NCBI GenBank assembly: GCA_951406725.2
Contig: OX597827.1
Span: 61,566,001 to 61,630,000 of the forward strand
DNA length: 64,000 bases
Reading direction: 5' to 3'
Source: Octopus vulgaris
Lineage: Eukaryota
Below are positions 1 through 13,500 of the stretch, piece after piece. The notes beneath the pieces are model-generated. The model did no database searches. It saw only the letters and a list, made by a program, of their open reading frames with translations, and was not told the DNA's origin. How positions within the stretch are numbered: the stretch's first letter is position 1; every line of letters begins with the position of its first letter. The position numbers and the translations under genes were made by a program.

Positions 1-204
1 ATGAACTTTCTTATCTTCCATTTTAAAGGGTTACAGAATTAACACAGGTTATAGGAACATAAACCTTCTTCCACGAAAAGATAGCTTAAACTGTGCTCTA
101 AATGGAGGTGTGGTCAAATCATATTTTATGGACTCAACCATGTTCTAAAATAAGTCGAAAGGTAAGCTACTATAAATCGGCACAAACTTTCCGGACAACC
201 CAAT
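1..204 (-). mobile_element. End of the same mariner family (another fragment at 34098-34162)
   Basis: TAAATCGGCACAAACTTTCCGGACAACCCAATA is the reverse complement of the left end at 31038. Confidence 0.8.
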
Positions 205-408
205 ATTTCCCTATGACTGGACATAATTTCATGGAAGAATCGAAACAAAGGATGCTGCTTGTGTGATGATGACACAACAATCATGTGATGTTAATTACAA
301 AGAAACAGACGCACACACACATAGATATGACAGGCATCTTTCAGTCATGTTGAGGTTCACCTCGTTGGCTCAGGCTCAGTTTGGTGGTGAGAGTGTCTTG
401 AGACTTAC

Positions 409-529
409 CTGAATCTATAATACTTTGCCAAAGATTTTCAATGAGAGCTGGATCAAAGAGGCCAGCAGAATGGACAATAGCCAGCTTGCATTCATGCAGG
501 CCGTATGGATCAGCAAATTTTTCATAGAG
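409..529 (-). CDS. NUP155: Nup155 coding exon 32 (gene continues past window start)
   Basis: [40 protein letters not shown]; cag/gtaagt. Confidence 0.95.
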
Positions 530-2838
530 CTGAAAGGGAGAGGATATAAAAAGTATTAGAGAGAATGAGAGAGAGAGTGAGTGAGTGAGTGAATGAGAGA
601 GTGAGTGAGTGAGTGAGAGAGAGAGAGTGAGTGAGAGAGAGAGAGTGAGTGAGAGAGAGAGTGAGTGAGACAGAGAGTGAGTGAGAGAGAGAGAGTGAGT
701 GAGTGAGAGAGTGAGTGAGTGAGTGAGAGAGAGTGAGTGAGAGTGAGAGAGTGAGAGAGAGAGTGAGTGAGAGAGCGTGAGTGAGAGAGCGTGAGTGAGA
801 GAGATGATTGTGAATAAGAGAAAACTGTGAATGAAAGAAACAGATAAAGAAGTGTGAATGAGAGAGAGAGAGAGGCAAAGAGAGGGATAAACAATTATGC
901 ATGAGAAACAGAGAGAAAGGCAAAGAGTGAAAACTATGAATGAGAGAGCAAGAACAATGAACAGTTAAGAGAGAGAGTGAGCAGAGAATTGAAAGAGAAA
1001 AAAGAGAAAGAAAATGGGTGCAAATGAAAGGAGGAGAGAGAGAGAGAGATTGAAAAAGAGTAGGAGATAATGAGACACAGAGTGTATTAATAGGTGAGAC
1101 TTACTGATGAAATATCTAAAAGATCAGAATTCAAAGCAGTCAACACTTCGTTGTTGCACTGCATAGTGCAGAAAGCATTGTAGACCATCATCTGTAACTT
1201 AGCAACCTGCAACGGAGAACAAACCATGTGGGAAGGAAATTAGTTTCATAATTAATAACTGTGTGCGCGTGCATGCGTACACACACAGCTGTTGGTAATA
1301 TGTTTGTGGATTTGGCAGAACTACATACAAACATTTAAGTGTGGTGGGGGCCAACAGGCATACACAGAAACATATGTAGTCACTCTTAACCCTTTAGTGT
1401 TCACATTATTCTACCAAAATTAATCCTTTTTTCATCCAAATTGTTTTGAACTAATCATGCGTTATCTTGTAGCTTTGAGATTTTGATGAGGTAGCTGTTA
1501 ATTTTTAAAACGATATTGTAGGGTTGGTGTGAGAGACCAGATCTGGCCAGTTTGAACTTAAGACAGGCAGAATACTTTTGGCCGGATATGGCTGGTTTAA
1601 ATGCTAAAGGGTTAAGTTGTTTTTAAGTTATGTCCTTTTCTACTTTTTTTTTTTAAGAAAGTAATGGAAAAAAATGAAGTTCAATTAAGTCAATTAATCT
1701 GACTTTGCATCAGTCTCAGTGAATATAATTAAAAGCATAAATACGTTTTTTTGGATCTTTACCTTTTGACGTACAGATTTAAAAAATAATTTTTTGTAAC
1801 TAAATACTTTCAAACTTCGGACACTGGTAGAATGTGTTCCCATTTTGGGAAACCACTGTCGCTTTGAGATTTCAATGATGAAATTGGTTATTTTAGAATG
1901 ACATTGTAAGGTAGGTATGAGAAGCCAGATCTGTCCGACTTGAACACAAAACAAGTAGAAATCTTAGGCTGGATTATTTGAAGGCGGCGAGCTGGCAGAA
2001 ATGTTAGCACGCTGTGTGAAATTCTTAGTGGGATTTCGTCTGCCATTACGTTCCGAGTTCAAATTCTGCCGAGGTCAACTTTGCTTTTCATCCTTTCGGG
2101 GTCGATAAATTAAGTACCAGTTACGCACTGGGGTCGATGTAATCGACTTAATCCGTTTGTCTCCTCTATATCTAGCCCCTTGTAGGCAATAAAGAAATAA
2201 GAAATCTTAGGCTGGATATGACCGATTTAAATGTTCAAGGGTTAATGTACTTACATCCATCTTCTCCTCCAGTTCATGCAAGAATTCTCCTTCCGTGGCT
2301 ACGCTGGTCATCAATGTGGAACCTTTAGCACAGGCTATGGCACGAGATAAGTACTCAACACGCTGTGACAGGGTGAGATCAGACCTGAAATACAAACACA
2401 CATGTAGTCATGAATTCGTTTAACTTCCATTTGTTTTGTTTTTTGTTTTTTAACCATACTAAAATGGGATGGACAGAGACATATTTGAGGCAGGATTTTA
2501 CAGCTGGATGCTCTTCCTGTTCCCATCCGTTGCCTGCTTTACAAGTATGGGAATATCAGCATTCACATACATTTCCTCACACACACAATCCTTTTACGAC
2601 TCTCTCCTTCATGCTAGCATGGGTTAGATAAATATGTTATGAAGGCACTGATTTACATTTGGATACTCTTCCTACCACTAATCCTTATCTGTTTTTCAAA
2701 TAAGGGATTTCTTATTCCATAGGCTCTTCAAAGCAACAAATGAATGAGTAATCTATTCACTAGAGAAATTTCAACAGAAAGTGCAAACCTTGTGACTTTT
2801 GAATAACTGGGGAAAAATATGTAAAGAAGCTCATAAAC

Positions 2839-2874
<36 letters not shown>

Positions 2875-3460
2875 CACTTGTGAAGACCTGTTGAGGCAAG
2901 TGAAAATCAAATCAAATCAAATCAAAATAGATGAACATCAATGGAATTTGAAACTTTGTGGTACCAGTGCCGGTGGCACATAAGAAAACCATCCGAACGT
3001 GGCCGTAGCCAGTACCGCATCGACTGGCCTCCGTGCTGTGGGCACGTAACAAACACCATCCGATCGTGGCCATTTGCCAGCCTCGTCTGGTACCTGTGTC
3101 GGTGGCACATAAAAAACACCATCCAAGCGTGGGCATCTGCCAGCCTCATCTGGCACCTGTGTCGGTGGCACATAAAAAACACCATCCGAGCGTGGGCATC
3201 TGCCAGCCTCATCTGGCACCTGTGTCGGTGGCACATAAAAAACACCATCCAAGCGTGGCCATTCGCCAGCCTCGTCTGGCACCTGTGTCGGTGGCACATA
3301 AAATCACCCACTACACTCTCGGAGTAGTTGGCGTTAGGAAGGGCATCTAGCTGTAGAAACACTGCCAGATCTGACTGGCCTGGTGCAGCCTTCGGGCTCC
3401 CCAGACCCCAGTTGAACCATCCAACCCATGCTAGCATGCAAAGCGGACGTTAAACGATGA

Positions 3461-3494
<34 letters not shown>

Positions 3495-6400
3495 ATTGAT
3501 TGATTGATTCCAGTTTCAGCTCATGAGCTGTGGCCATGCTGGGGCACCGCCATTTTATATATATATATTATATATATATATATATTATATATATTATATT
3601 ATATATAATATATATATATTATATTATATATAATATATATATATTATATGATCATCATCATCTTAATGTCCTCTTTTCCATCTCACATGGGTCAGATGGA
3701 ATTTGTTGAGCAGATTTGACAATGACTGGATGCCCTTCCTGTTGCCAACCCTCATCTGTTTCCAATAAGGTAAATTTTCCCATGGTTAGATAGGTCTTCA
3801 CAGAAGATTGGAAACAAAGTACACTGCTTATATGACAGTGATACTCATTTACAACTATTACACTATGCCAAAACAAGGAGACATTAACACACTTACACAC
3901 ACATATCATCATCATTATTTCTCGTCCGTTTTCCATGCTGGCATGGGTTGGATGGTTTGACAAGAGCTAGCAAGGCCAGGAGTCACACCAGGTTCTACAG
4001 CTGGATGCCCTTCCTAACACCAACCACTTTACAGAGTGTACTGGGTGCTTTTTACACAGCACCATTACCAGTGCTTTTTATGTGACACCAGCACCAGTGC
4101 TTTTTACGTGACACCAGCACCAATGCTTTTTACATGGCACCATCACAAATACATTTTATGTGGCACACACACACACATATATATATATAGGATGGGTTTC
4201 TTTCAGTTTCCCTCTATCAAATCCACTCAAGGCTTTGGTTTGCCTGGGGCTATAGTAGAAGACATGCCCAAGGGGAACTGAACCCAAAACCATGAGGTTA
4301 TGAAGCAAACTTCTTGATCACACAGCTACAATGAACATAGTTTTTTTTCTATTTCCATCGACCAAATCCACTTACAAGGCATTTGGTAGTTATGGGCTAT
4401 AAGTGAAGATTCTTACCCAATTTACCACACAGTGGGATGGAACCTGACACTATATTGTTGCAAAGTTATCTTTTCAATGACACAGCCATGCCTATGCCTA
4501 CATATATACATACTAACCACCTCATCCCTTTATTCCTCATACCAAAAGATAGAATACTCAAGAACTCACCCGTGTTTTTCTGCCAGCCTTGATAAGATAC
4601 GAGCAGCAGCAGGAAAGTTTTTGTTCTTCTGGTAGAACTTCCATAGCAAATCAAGAATCAGTGTCTTGTCATCTTGAACAATGCTGGCTTTCCATTTCAG
4701 GTACGTCTCCAAAAATGGGCTCTTGATCTGCATAAGTAAAAATAAAGGTTTTATTAGATGAACAAGAAAACAAAAATTAGGGGTCAAAATGCTAGAAGAA
4801 TGTCCAGATTATCTTGTAATGCTTAAGGGTTATTTAAATTAGAGGTGGACACAAGGCACTTGTGCTGGTGGAATGTTAAAGGCACCCATGCTGATTGCAT
4901 GTTAATAGCACCCAATACACTCTGTGGAGTGGTTGGTATTAGGAAGGCCACACAACCATAGATAACAACAAGAACAGACAACTACAGCCTGGTGCAGCTC
5001 TCTGGATTGCCAGCTCTGGCCAAACTGCCTAACCACATGCCAGCATGATAATATATATATATATATATATTGGGTTTGCAACTAAGTTCACACCATTCTT
5101 TTAAATTTTGGAATCTATTTTGTTTTGTTTTTCTAGTTAATTTTAGTTAATTTTTGTTTATTTTCAAATCATTAAAATGGAGTGTCAAGTTAAGAAAAAC
5201 GAGCATTTTCGACACCACCTTTTTGCTTTTAATCAAGGTTCTAAGGCCGCAAAAGCTGCTCGTGACATTTGTGCTGTATATGGAGAGGGTGCCATAGCTG
5301 AAAGAACCACTCGTGATTGGTATGCCAAGTCCAAAAATGGAAATTTTGACCTCAAAGGCACACCTCGTTCTGGCCGTCCAGTTGAGCTCAATGAAAAGTG
5401 ATTAAACCAACTTTTGTGCGAAAATTCTCGTTAAACGAGAAAATGGAAATGCTCCCACACTGCTGTGGAGAAGCATCTTCACTCGATGGGAAAGGTTCAG
5501 AAGTATGGAGCATAGGTTCCACATGCTTTAAGTGACAACAAAAATTCAACGAGCCACAACCTCCTCTGGTTTGCTTGCTCGTCACCGCTCAACTCATGGA
5601 CGCAAGCAACAATTTTTTTACCAAATAATTACTGGTGAAGGAAAATGGTGCCTGTACATCAATATGAAGCAGTGTAAGGAATGGCTTAGCGTCGGTAAAC
5701 AAGCGACACCACATGTGAAACAAGATCTTCATCCGCGTAAAACGATGTTGTACGTATGGTGGGACTGGGGAGGGATTATCCATTATGAATAGCTTGAAGG
5801 GAACCAAACAGTCAATGAGGAACTCTATGTTCAACAGATGGAACAACTCAACACGGCTATTCAAGAGAAAAGACCTAATCGGCAGCATGGAGTTCTTCAG
5901 CTGCACAACAACGCCCACCCTCATATCGTCAATATGACCAAGGAATCCATTCAAACGCATGGCTGGGAGTCATGACCTGGGTGGGCCCAGCTCCCGTACT
6001 GTGTCAGGTATAAGGGCAGAAACACTTGCCAGATGGGAGTTCTTCTTCTGAAGATCTCTCCTGCTGTACGCTCACCTTGCGGGAAGTTTCTGGTATTTAT
6101 TTATTTATTTATTTAGCTATGAGATTTTGATGCGGTGTTAATTTTTAGAATGATATTGTAGGGTAGGTGTGAGATGCCAGATATGGCCAGTTTAAACTAT
6201 GATGATAATGACAAAAAATGTTATTACAGTCCATTCAAAAATCTTGTATAGCCCATGTCAAAGCTTTATATGCCACCCATCTCATGGATCAGTGTATTAA
6301 AGGCGGGGTGGGGGGTATGTGATGTAAAGTAGGACCTTTCTCGAGTATTAGAAATGGTAATAGGTGTTGTTTTACCTCAATGAGTTTGTCATTCAAATTG

Positions 6401-6571
6401 TTCTGCAACAGCCAGTCATACAGCGCCACATGAAATAACTCGTCGTCTGACTTCAAAGCTAATTTAAATACCTGCTCTTTCTGTAAGAAAACAACAAAAT
6501 GATGTCACAATGTTAAAAATGGTATGTGTGTTTATATTCATACACATATACACACTAATATATATATATAT

Positions 6572-6612
<41 letters not shown>

Positions 6613-6856
6613 AATTTTAGCCTTGCTCTCTTTAACCCAATGCAAAATTTTCCATACTTAAGTGGAAAATCAAATTGTAATGTATTATATTTCTCTGATA
6701 GGTTATGATTACATGACTGCTGGTGCTGTTATGTAATATAAAGTTAATCCAAACAAGAAAGCACAAAAAAACACAACAACGTGAAACAAATATAGTATTA
6801 TTGGACGCTCAGGAAAGAAGGAGGGTTTAACATTTCGAGCGGAGCTCTTCGTTGGA

Positions 6857-6890
<34 letters not shown>

Positions 6891-8787
6891 TCCAATGAAG
6901 AGCTCCGCTCGAAATGTTACTGAGATCTTCTTTGGTCATGACTGACCATGGGATTGCACCTAGAAAGTTACCCTGCTAGGCACAAGTCCGGGCAAGGTTG
7001 TTTATGGAAGACAAGCAGTCGCCCATACATACCAGCCACCCACCCCTCTCCACGCCACCAGTGTTATCCAAGGGAAAGGCAAAGGCTGATACAGCTTGGC
7101 ACCTGTGACATCACAACTCATTTCTATAGCTGAGTGAACTGGAGCAATGTGAAATAAATTGTCTTACTCAAAAACACAACACAGCCAAGTCCAGGAGTCG
7201 AACTCACAACCTCACGGTCGTAAACTCGACACTCTAACCACTGAGCCATGTGCCTTCACCATATAAAATACAGTGTACATTTAAACACATTAAGAGGAAT
7301 CCATCATAGGACTCCCTTACGCTAGTTGTAATGTGACCTTTTTCTCATTCAGTTTACTTTTTCTATCTCACCAGGAAGAAAATTCAGAGTCCTTTCTCAC
7401 TCTCTCTCTCTCTCCACTCAAATTCCTTTTAGGGCTGCATTTCAGGAGATGGGAAGGAGATGAGAGAGCAACACAGGAAAGTAGAATCAAATGGACAGAT
7501 CACAAGAGAGGGAGTAAGCAAGAGGGGTAGTAAGCAAGAGGGGGAGTAAGCAAGAGGGGGAGTAAGCAAGAGGGAGTAAGCAAGAGGGAGTAAGCAAGAA
7601 AGGGAGTAAGCAAGAGAGGGAGTAAGCAAAAGAGAGAGAGAGTAAGCAAGAGAGAAAGAGTGTGTATGAGTATGTAACAGACAGACAGACAGACAGACAG
7701 ACAGGACAGAGGACAGTAAGCAAAAGAGGGAGTAAGCAAGAGAGGGGTTAAGCAAGAGAGGGGGAGTAAGCAAGAGGGGGAGTAAGCAAGAGGGGGAGTA
7801 AGCAAGAGAGGGAGTAAGCAAAAGAGAGAGAGAGTAAGCAAGAGAGAAAGAGTGTGTATGAGTATGTAACAGACAGACAGACAGACAGACATACAGGACA
7901 GAGGACAGTAAGCAAAAGAGGGAGTAAGCAAGAGAGGGGTTAAGCAAGAGAGGGGGAGTAAGCAAGAGAGGGGAGTAAGCAAGAGAGGGGAGTAAGCAAG
8001 ACGGGGAGTAAGCAAGACGGGGAGTAAACAAGACGGGGAGTAAACAAGACGGGGAGTAAACAAGAGAGAGAGAGAGAGTAAGCAAGAGAGAAAGAGTGTG
8101 TATGAGTATGTAACAGACAGACAGACAGACAGACATACAGGACAGAGGCCAATGAAATTTTACTGAAGAGCTTTACCTGTAGTTCAGCTTCTGATGGTGA
8201 CAGTCTGTTTGGATCAGGGGCTAGGGGCTTACCAGGTGACTTTGGAGTGCTGGGTGACTGTGGATGTGAAACGCTAGCATAAAGCAGGTAGACCAGAGTC
8301 TCTGTGATGTGTTTGTAACAATCCATTCTGAAAAAACAACAAACACCACCAACGTAACAACCGGATTGCTTACACATTCTGTTAAAGTCAACAAATTCAA
8401 CATATACAATGGAACTTTTCTCTTAATGTAATCGTTTAACCTACTAGAAATAGCAACTTTATCACCCTCATATCATACCCTGCAGTCTTTAAAAAAAAAA
8501 GCATAAGAAACACATTGTACAGAATCAGTCTCAATAAAACATGGAACGACTATCATTGGTTTATCTTAGATCACAGATCTGCTCTAATCAAAGCTGAGAT
8601 GAGATTAATGAGGAAATTTCTACAGGTGTAGGAGTGGCTGTGTGGTAAGCAGCTTGCTTATGAACCACGTGGTTCTGGATTCAGTCCCACTGCGTGGCAC
8701 CTTGGGCAAGTGTCTTCTACTATAGCCTCGGGCTGACCAAAGCCTTGAGTGGATTTGGTAGACGGAAACTGAAAAAAGCCCGTCGCA

Positions 8788-8840
<53 letters not shown>

Positions 8841-10517
8841 ATATGTTTGTCCCCCCCAACATCGCTTGACAACCGATGCTGGTGTATTTACGTCCCCGTA
8901 ACTTAGTGATTCGGCAAAAGAGACCGATAGAATAAGTACTAGGCTTACAAAGAATAAGTCCTGGGGTTGATTTGCTCAACTAAAGACAGTGCTCCAGCAC
9001 AGCCACAGTCAAATGACTGAAACAGGTAAAAGAGTAAAAGTTGCTTAACAAGCCAGAAATAACAGCTAAATTTCCCTCATACTGACTTAAAAGAAAAAGG
9101 AAGGACACCTAAGATAACATAGTCCTAGATATAGTGAGTCTGAAAGGAAAAGAAAATATAAGACAAAGTGATCAGAGATAGATTGACTTTTATCATAAGT
9201 TAGCCCTGCAAGGGGTGAGCTAGCATTCTATGTACATTTTTATTGGTTCTAGGGTTATGAAGAACATGTTAGAATCAGATAGCAACATACATATGATGCA
9301 ATGTTCACACCAATCCAAACACACAATCACTAAATCCTAATAAAATAATCTAAGTAAGATAATCAAAGTTCACAAAAATGCCAAACGCACAATCACTTTG
9401 TTTAAATAAGATATATAAGTATGTGAGTGTGTGTGATTATGGTGTGACAGCCAGTGTTGGTTTGTTTACATCCCTGTAGCTTAGTGGTTCAACACAAAGA
9501 CTGATAGAATAAGTATCAGGTTTAAAAGTAAGTAATGGGCTCAATATGGTCAATTAAACCCTTCCAGGCAGTGCCCCAGGATGGCTGCAGTCCAATGACT
9601 GAAACAAGTAAAAGATCAAGCTGTTTACCCTGACTGGCAAGTACAACACCATTGGCCTACACAATGGATGAGAACAATGACGGTAAGTACATGGAATGAT
9701 GACAAAGAGTAATTCTGCTTCATGAAAGATAGGCATGCCCCTCCAAAACTTGACAGATCACAGCAAAAAGTAGTTTCAAACATGACATTCCCCACTAAAA
9801 GATAGATTGGTATATAAAACTGCTTTCCACAGTTAAAACTAATAAAATTTTAAATTGGATATATCTGATTTCCATGGTGAAAATGCTAAACAGTTTGGTG
9901 TCAAAATTTTCAAAGCACTGACAGCAGGCAACCTGGTCACTGACACCTTTCCACTTACCTGGCTTTATATGCTTGTTTGCCTTGGTTATCTTCTGGTGGC
10001 TCACCGTTTTTATGGAAATGGAGGGCAAAGTTCTGAGGGTCCCGTTTTTGTGCAATACATAGGCAGAGGTCTACTATTCCTGCATAATACTGCACAGAGC
10101 TTAACTGGTTGCACACAGCAGACAACTGAAGAGGCTGACTCACTGACTTGTATAACTGCAAAGATATGGTGAATAGGAATTTTGTAACAAATTCATACAT
10201 GATTTACATTCAACAGATATTTGTCCCCATCTTGTTTGTTGTTAACATGTTTCGGCTGATATACCCTCCAGCCTTCTTCTTCAGGTGTCTTGGAGAAATT
10301 TCAAACCTGGGTTCTCATTCCTAAGGTATTCGCTGCCGCCACTGCTGTTGTTGTTCACGTCACAGCTTGGAATTGAACTCGGAATCTTGGGGTTAGTAGC
10401 CCATGCTCTTAACCACTACACCATATACCCATCAAATGTAAATAATGTACATAATTCCTCATCAGGTGTCTTGGGGAAATTCCGAACCAGGGTTCTCATT
10501 CCTAAGGTATTCTTCAA

Positions 10518-10555
<38 letters not shown>

Positions 10556-13500
10556 TCACTGCCTGGAATCGAACTTCAGAATCTTGGGGTTAGTAGCCTG
10601 TGCTCTTAACCACCACACCATATGCCCATGGCATAGTGGTTAAGAGCACAGGCTACTAACCCCAAGATTCCGAGTTCAATTCCAGGCAGTGACCTGAATA
10701 ATAATAATAACACCAAAAAATACCTTAGGAATGAGAACCCAGGTTCGAAATTTCCCCAGGACACTTGAAGAAGGCTGGGGAGTATATCAGCCGAAACATT
10801 GTGTTAACAACAAACATGATGAGGACAAATATCCGACAAATGTAAATAGTGTAAATAAAGTAGAGGATGGAATATTAAGAATTCACAAGCAACTTACCAT
10901 TAAGGCCTCTTCCAGTTGCTGTTTCTTCTTTATTTGGTCAGGATTCACTTTGGCAGCTTGTAGTAACTCTAAAGCCTAGAAAACAAACAGATTTTACAGT
11001 TGTACTAACTACAAACACATACAATCATTTATAACTGCATATAATAATAATTATTATTACAGTCCTTTTTACTGGAAGCACAAGACCTCAAATTTGGGGA
11101 AAGCGATTAAGTCGATTACATCGACCCCAGTGCGTAACTGGTACTAATTTTATCAACCCTGAAAGGATGAAAGGTAAAGTTGACCTTAGCAGAATTTGAA
11201 CTCAGAACATAGTGCGGAATATCATTAAGCATTTCATTCGCTAACGATTCTGCCAACTCACCATCTTATATAATTATGATCATTCTTTCTGCTATAGGCA
11301 CAAGGCCTGAAATTTGGTATTTAATTTATTGACTTCAAAAGGATGACAGGCAAAACTGGCCTCAGTGGAATTTGAACTCAGAACATGGTGATGGTCGAAA
11401 GACCGCTAAGCATTTCTTCCAGCATGCTAAAGATTTTGCCAGCTCGCCACAAGAGCAGCCATTTTCGGAGAGGGGATGTGTCAATTACATCTACCCCAGT
11501 GTTCAACTAGTACTTAATTTATCAACCCCAAAAAGATGAAAGGCAAAGTCGACCTCGGCAGAATTTGAACTCAGAATGTAGTGACAGACAAAATACTGCT
11601 AAGCATTTCGCCTAGTGTGCTAACAATTCTACCAGATTGCCGCCTTTTTAATAACAGTAATAATCCTTTCTACTAAAGGCACAAGGCCTAAAAGATTAGG
11701 GGAAGGAGTTAGTCTTATACTTCAAATCGAGTGCTCAACTAATACTTATTTTATTACCCTTTAAAGAAATGAAAGGCAATTTTGGTAGGATTTGAACTAA
11801 GAACTGGAAGAAATACCACTAAGCATTTTGTCTAGTTCAGTAATGATTCTACAGGTTAGAACAAAACTCAAAGAGGTTTGAAATTTTAATTAGTCAATTA
11901 ATTGGATATTTCCTCTTGCAAATTTACAAGATGTGGTTTTCCACACCTAACATAAATATATTTCTTATACATATTGTATTTGATTCTAAAGAGTTGTAAA
12001 TTTAAAACAGGACATAAAAGAATTAACACCTTGATGACTTTTGGGCCATTCCATATCAACTTGCTACCTTAATAACAATAATAATAATAATAATAATCAT
12101 TTCTACTATAGGCACAAGGTTTGAAATTTGGGGGAGGGGGATAGTCAATTACAACAACCCCAGTACTTGACTGGTACTTAATTTATCGACCCTGAAAGGA
12201 TGAAAGGCAAAGTGGACCTAGGTGGAATTTGAACTCAGAACGTAACAGCAGGCAAAATACTGCTAAGCATTTCATCCAGCATGCTAAAGATTCTGCCAGT
12301 TCACCACCTTAAACAATAATGATCATAATAATCCTTTCTACTATAGGCAAGTTCGGGGGGAAGGGGCAAGTCAGTTACATTAACCCCAGTGCTCAACTGG
12401 TACTTATTTTTTTGACTCCAAAAGGGTGAAAGGTTCAGTCAACCTTGGTGGGTTTTTGGCAAAGACTGATGAAATACCACTAAGCGTTTTGCCCAATAAC
12501 TGTTTCTGATTTAGACAGAAGGGCAGCAATTGTGAGGGGAGGGAACAAATCAATTACATCGATCCCAATACTTGCATTTTATTGACCCCACAAAAAGACG
12601 AAAGGCAAAGCTAGCTTCAGTGGGATTTGAACCTAGATTGTATAGAGCCAACAAGAGTCAGGGGGAGAAAAAAAGAAAAGGAAAGAAACAAGATGAACAG
12701 AACCTTTGAACAAGTTTCATCGTCAGTGCTGTAGAGACGTGGACATATCTTCCTTAAGGTGCTACTCACAACATCAATGGTGGCGTTGTCATGTAAGTAG
12801 CGGTCAATCAGACTAGTTATCAGCGCATTACACATCTGTGAAAAAAAAAACAAATAACAACAATTAGGAAAAAGGCATTTAGTAGCACAGAGAGAGCAAT
12901 TCAGATAAACCCTTTCATTACCGTATTTATTTTGAGATGCTCTGTGTTTTTTTTCAATTACTTTAAATATAACAAAGAATTTAGTAAAATAACTTCGTTA
13001 TCATTAAGCTAGTGTTAGGAATATAAATTGTGACCAAGGTTTGGTGGAAGATTTTAATTCAAAACTTATGAAAACAAGACATTTGTACTAAAGAGCCAGA
13101 GCCGGTTTCAGTTGGGTTGGTAATGAAAGGGTTAAAACAAGAAGAGAGGATTTACATTATTGAAGCAAGGAGAATAAAATACAATGCACTGCATATATAG
13201 CAAGTGTGTGTCCTATATGCGTGTGTGTGTGTGTGCTATATCTATTCGTGTATAAGTTGCCCCTCTAATTTAGTGTTAAAACTTGGTACAAATTTTTTTT
13301 CCTTTTATAGTTTTAGCTTTGCCCTGTGTACAAGTTGCACCTTAGTTTTACAGTTGAAATGCAGTACAAAATAGTGTGGTTCATACACAAATAAACATGG
13401 TATACATGATGGACTTTGTACATTTTCCATCAATTAAATCCATTCAGAAGACATTGGTTGGTGCAAACCTGTACCAAAAGATATTTGCTCAAAATGCCAC

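Noticed and set aside
522-923. SLTH/LSHS-rich ORFs (also the 7429-8136 ORFs)
   Set aside because: Translations of micro- and minisatellites
2940-3310. 60-bp repeats as a CRISPR array or repeat-protein ORFs (also 45350-45690)
   Set aside because: Contiguous tandem units without unique spacers, inside a SINE; several frames are open only because of the 60-nt period
10630-10690. tRNA gene
   Set aside because: A and B boxes present but no acceptor stem; occurs three times as part of a repeat
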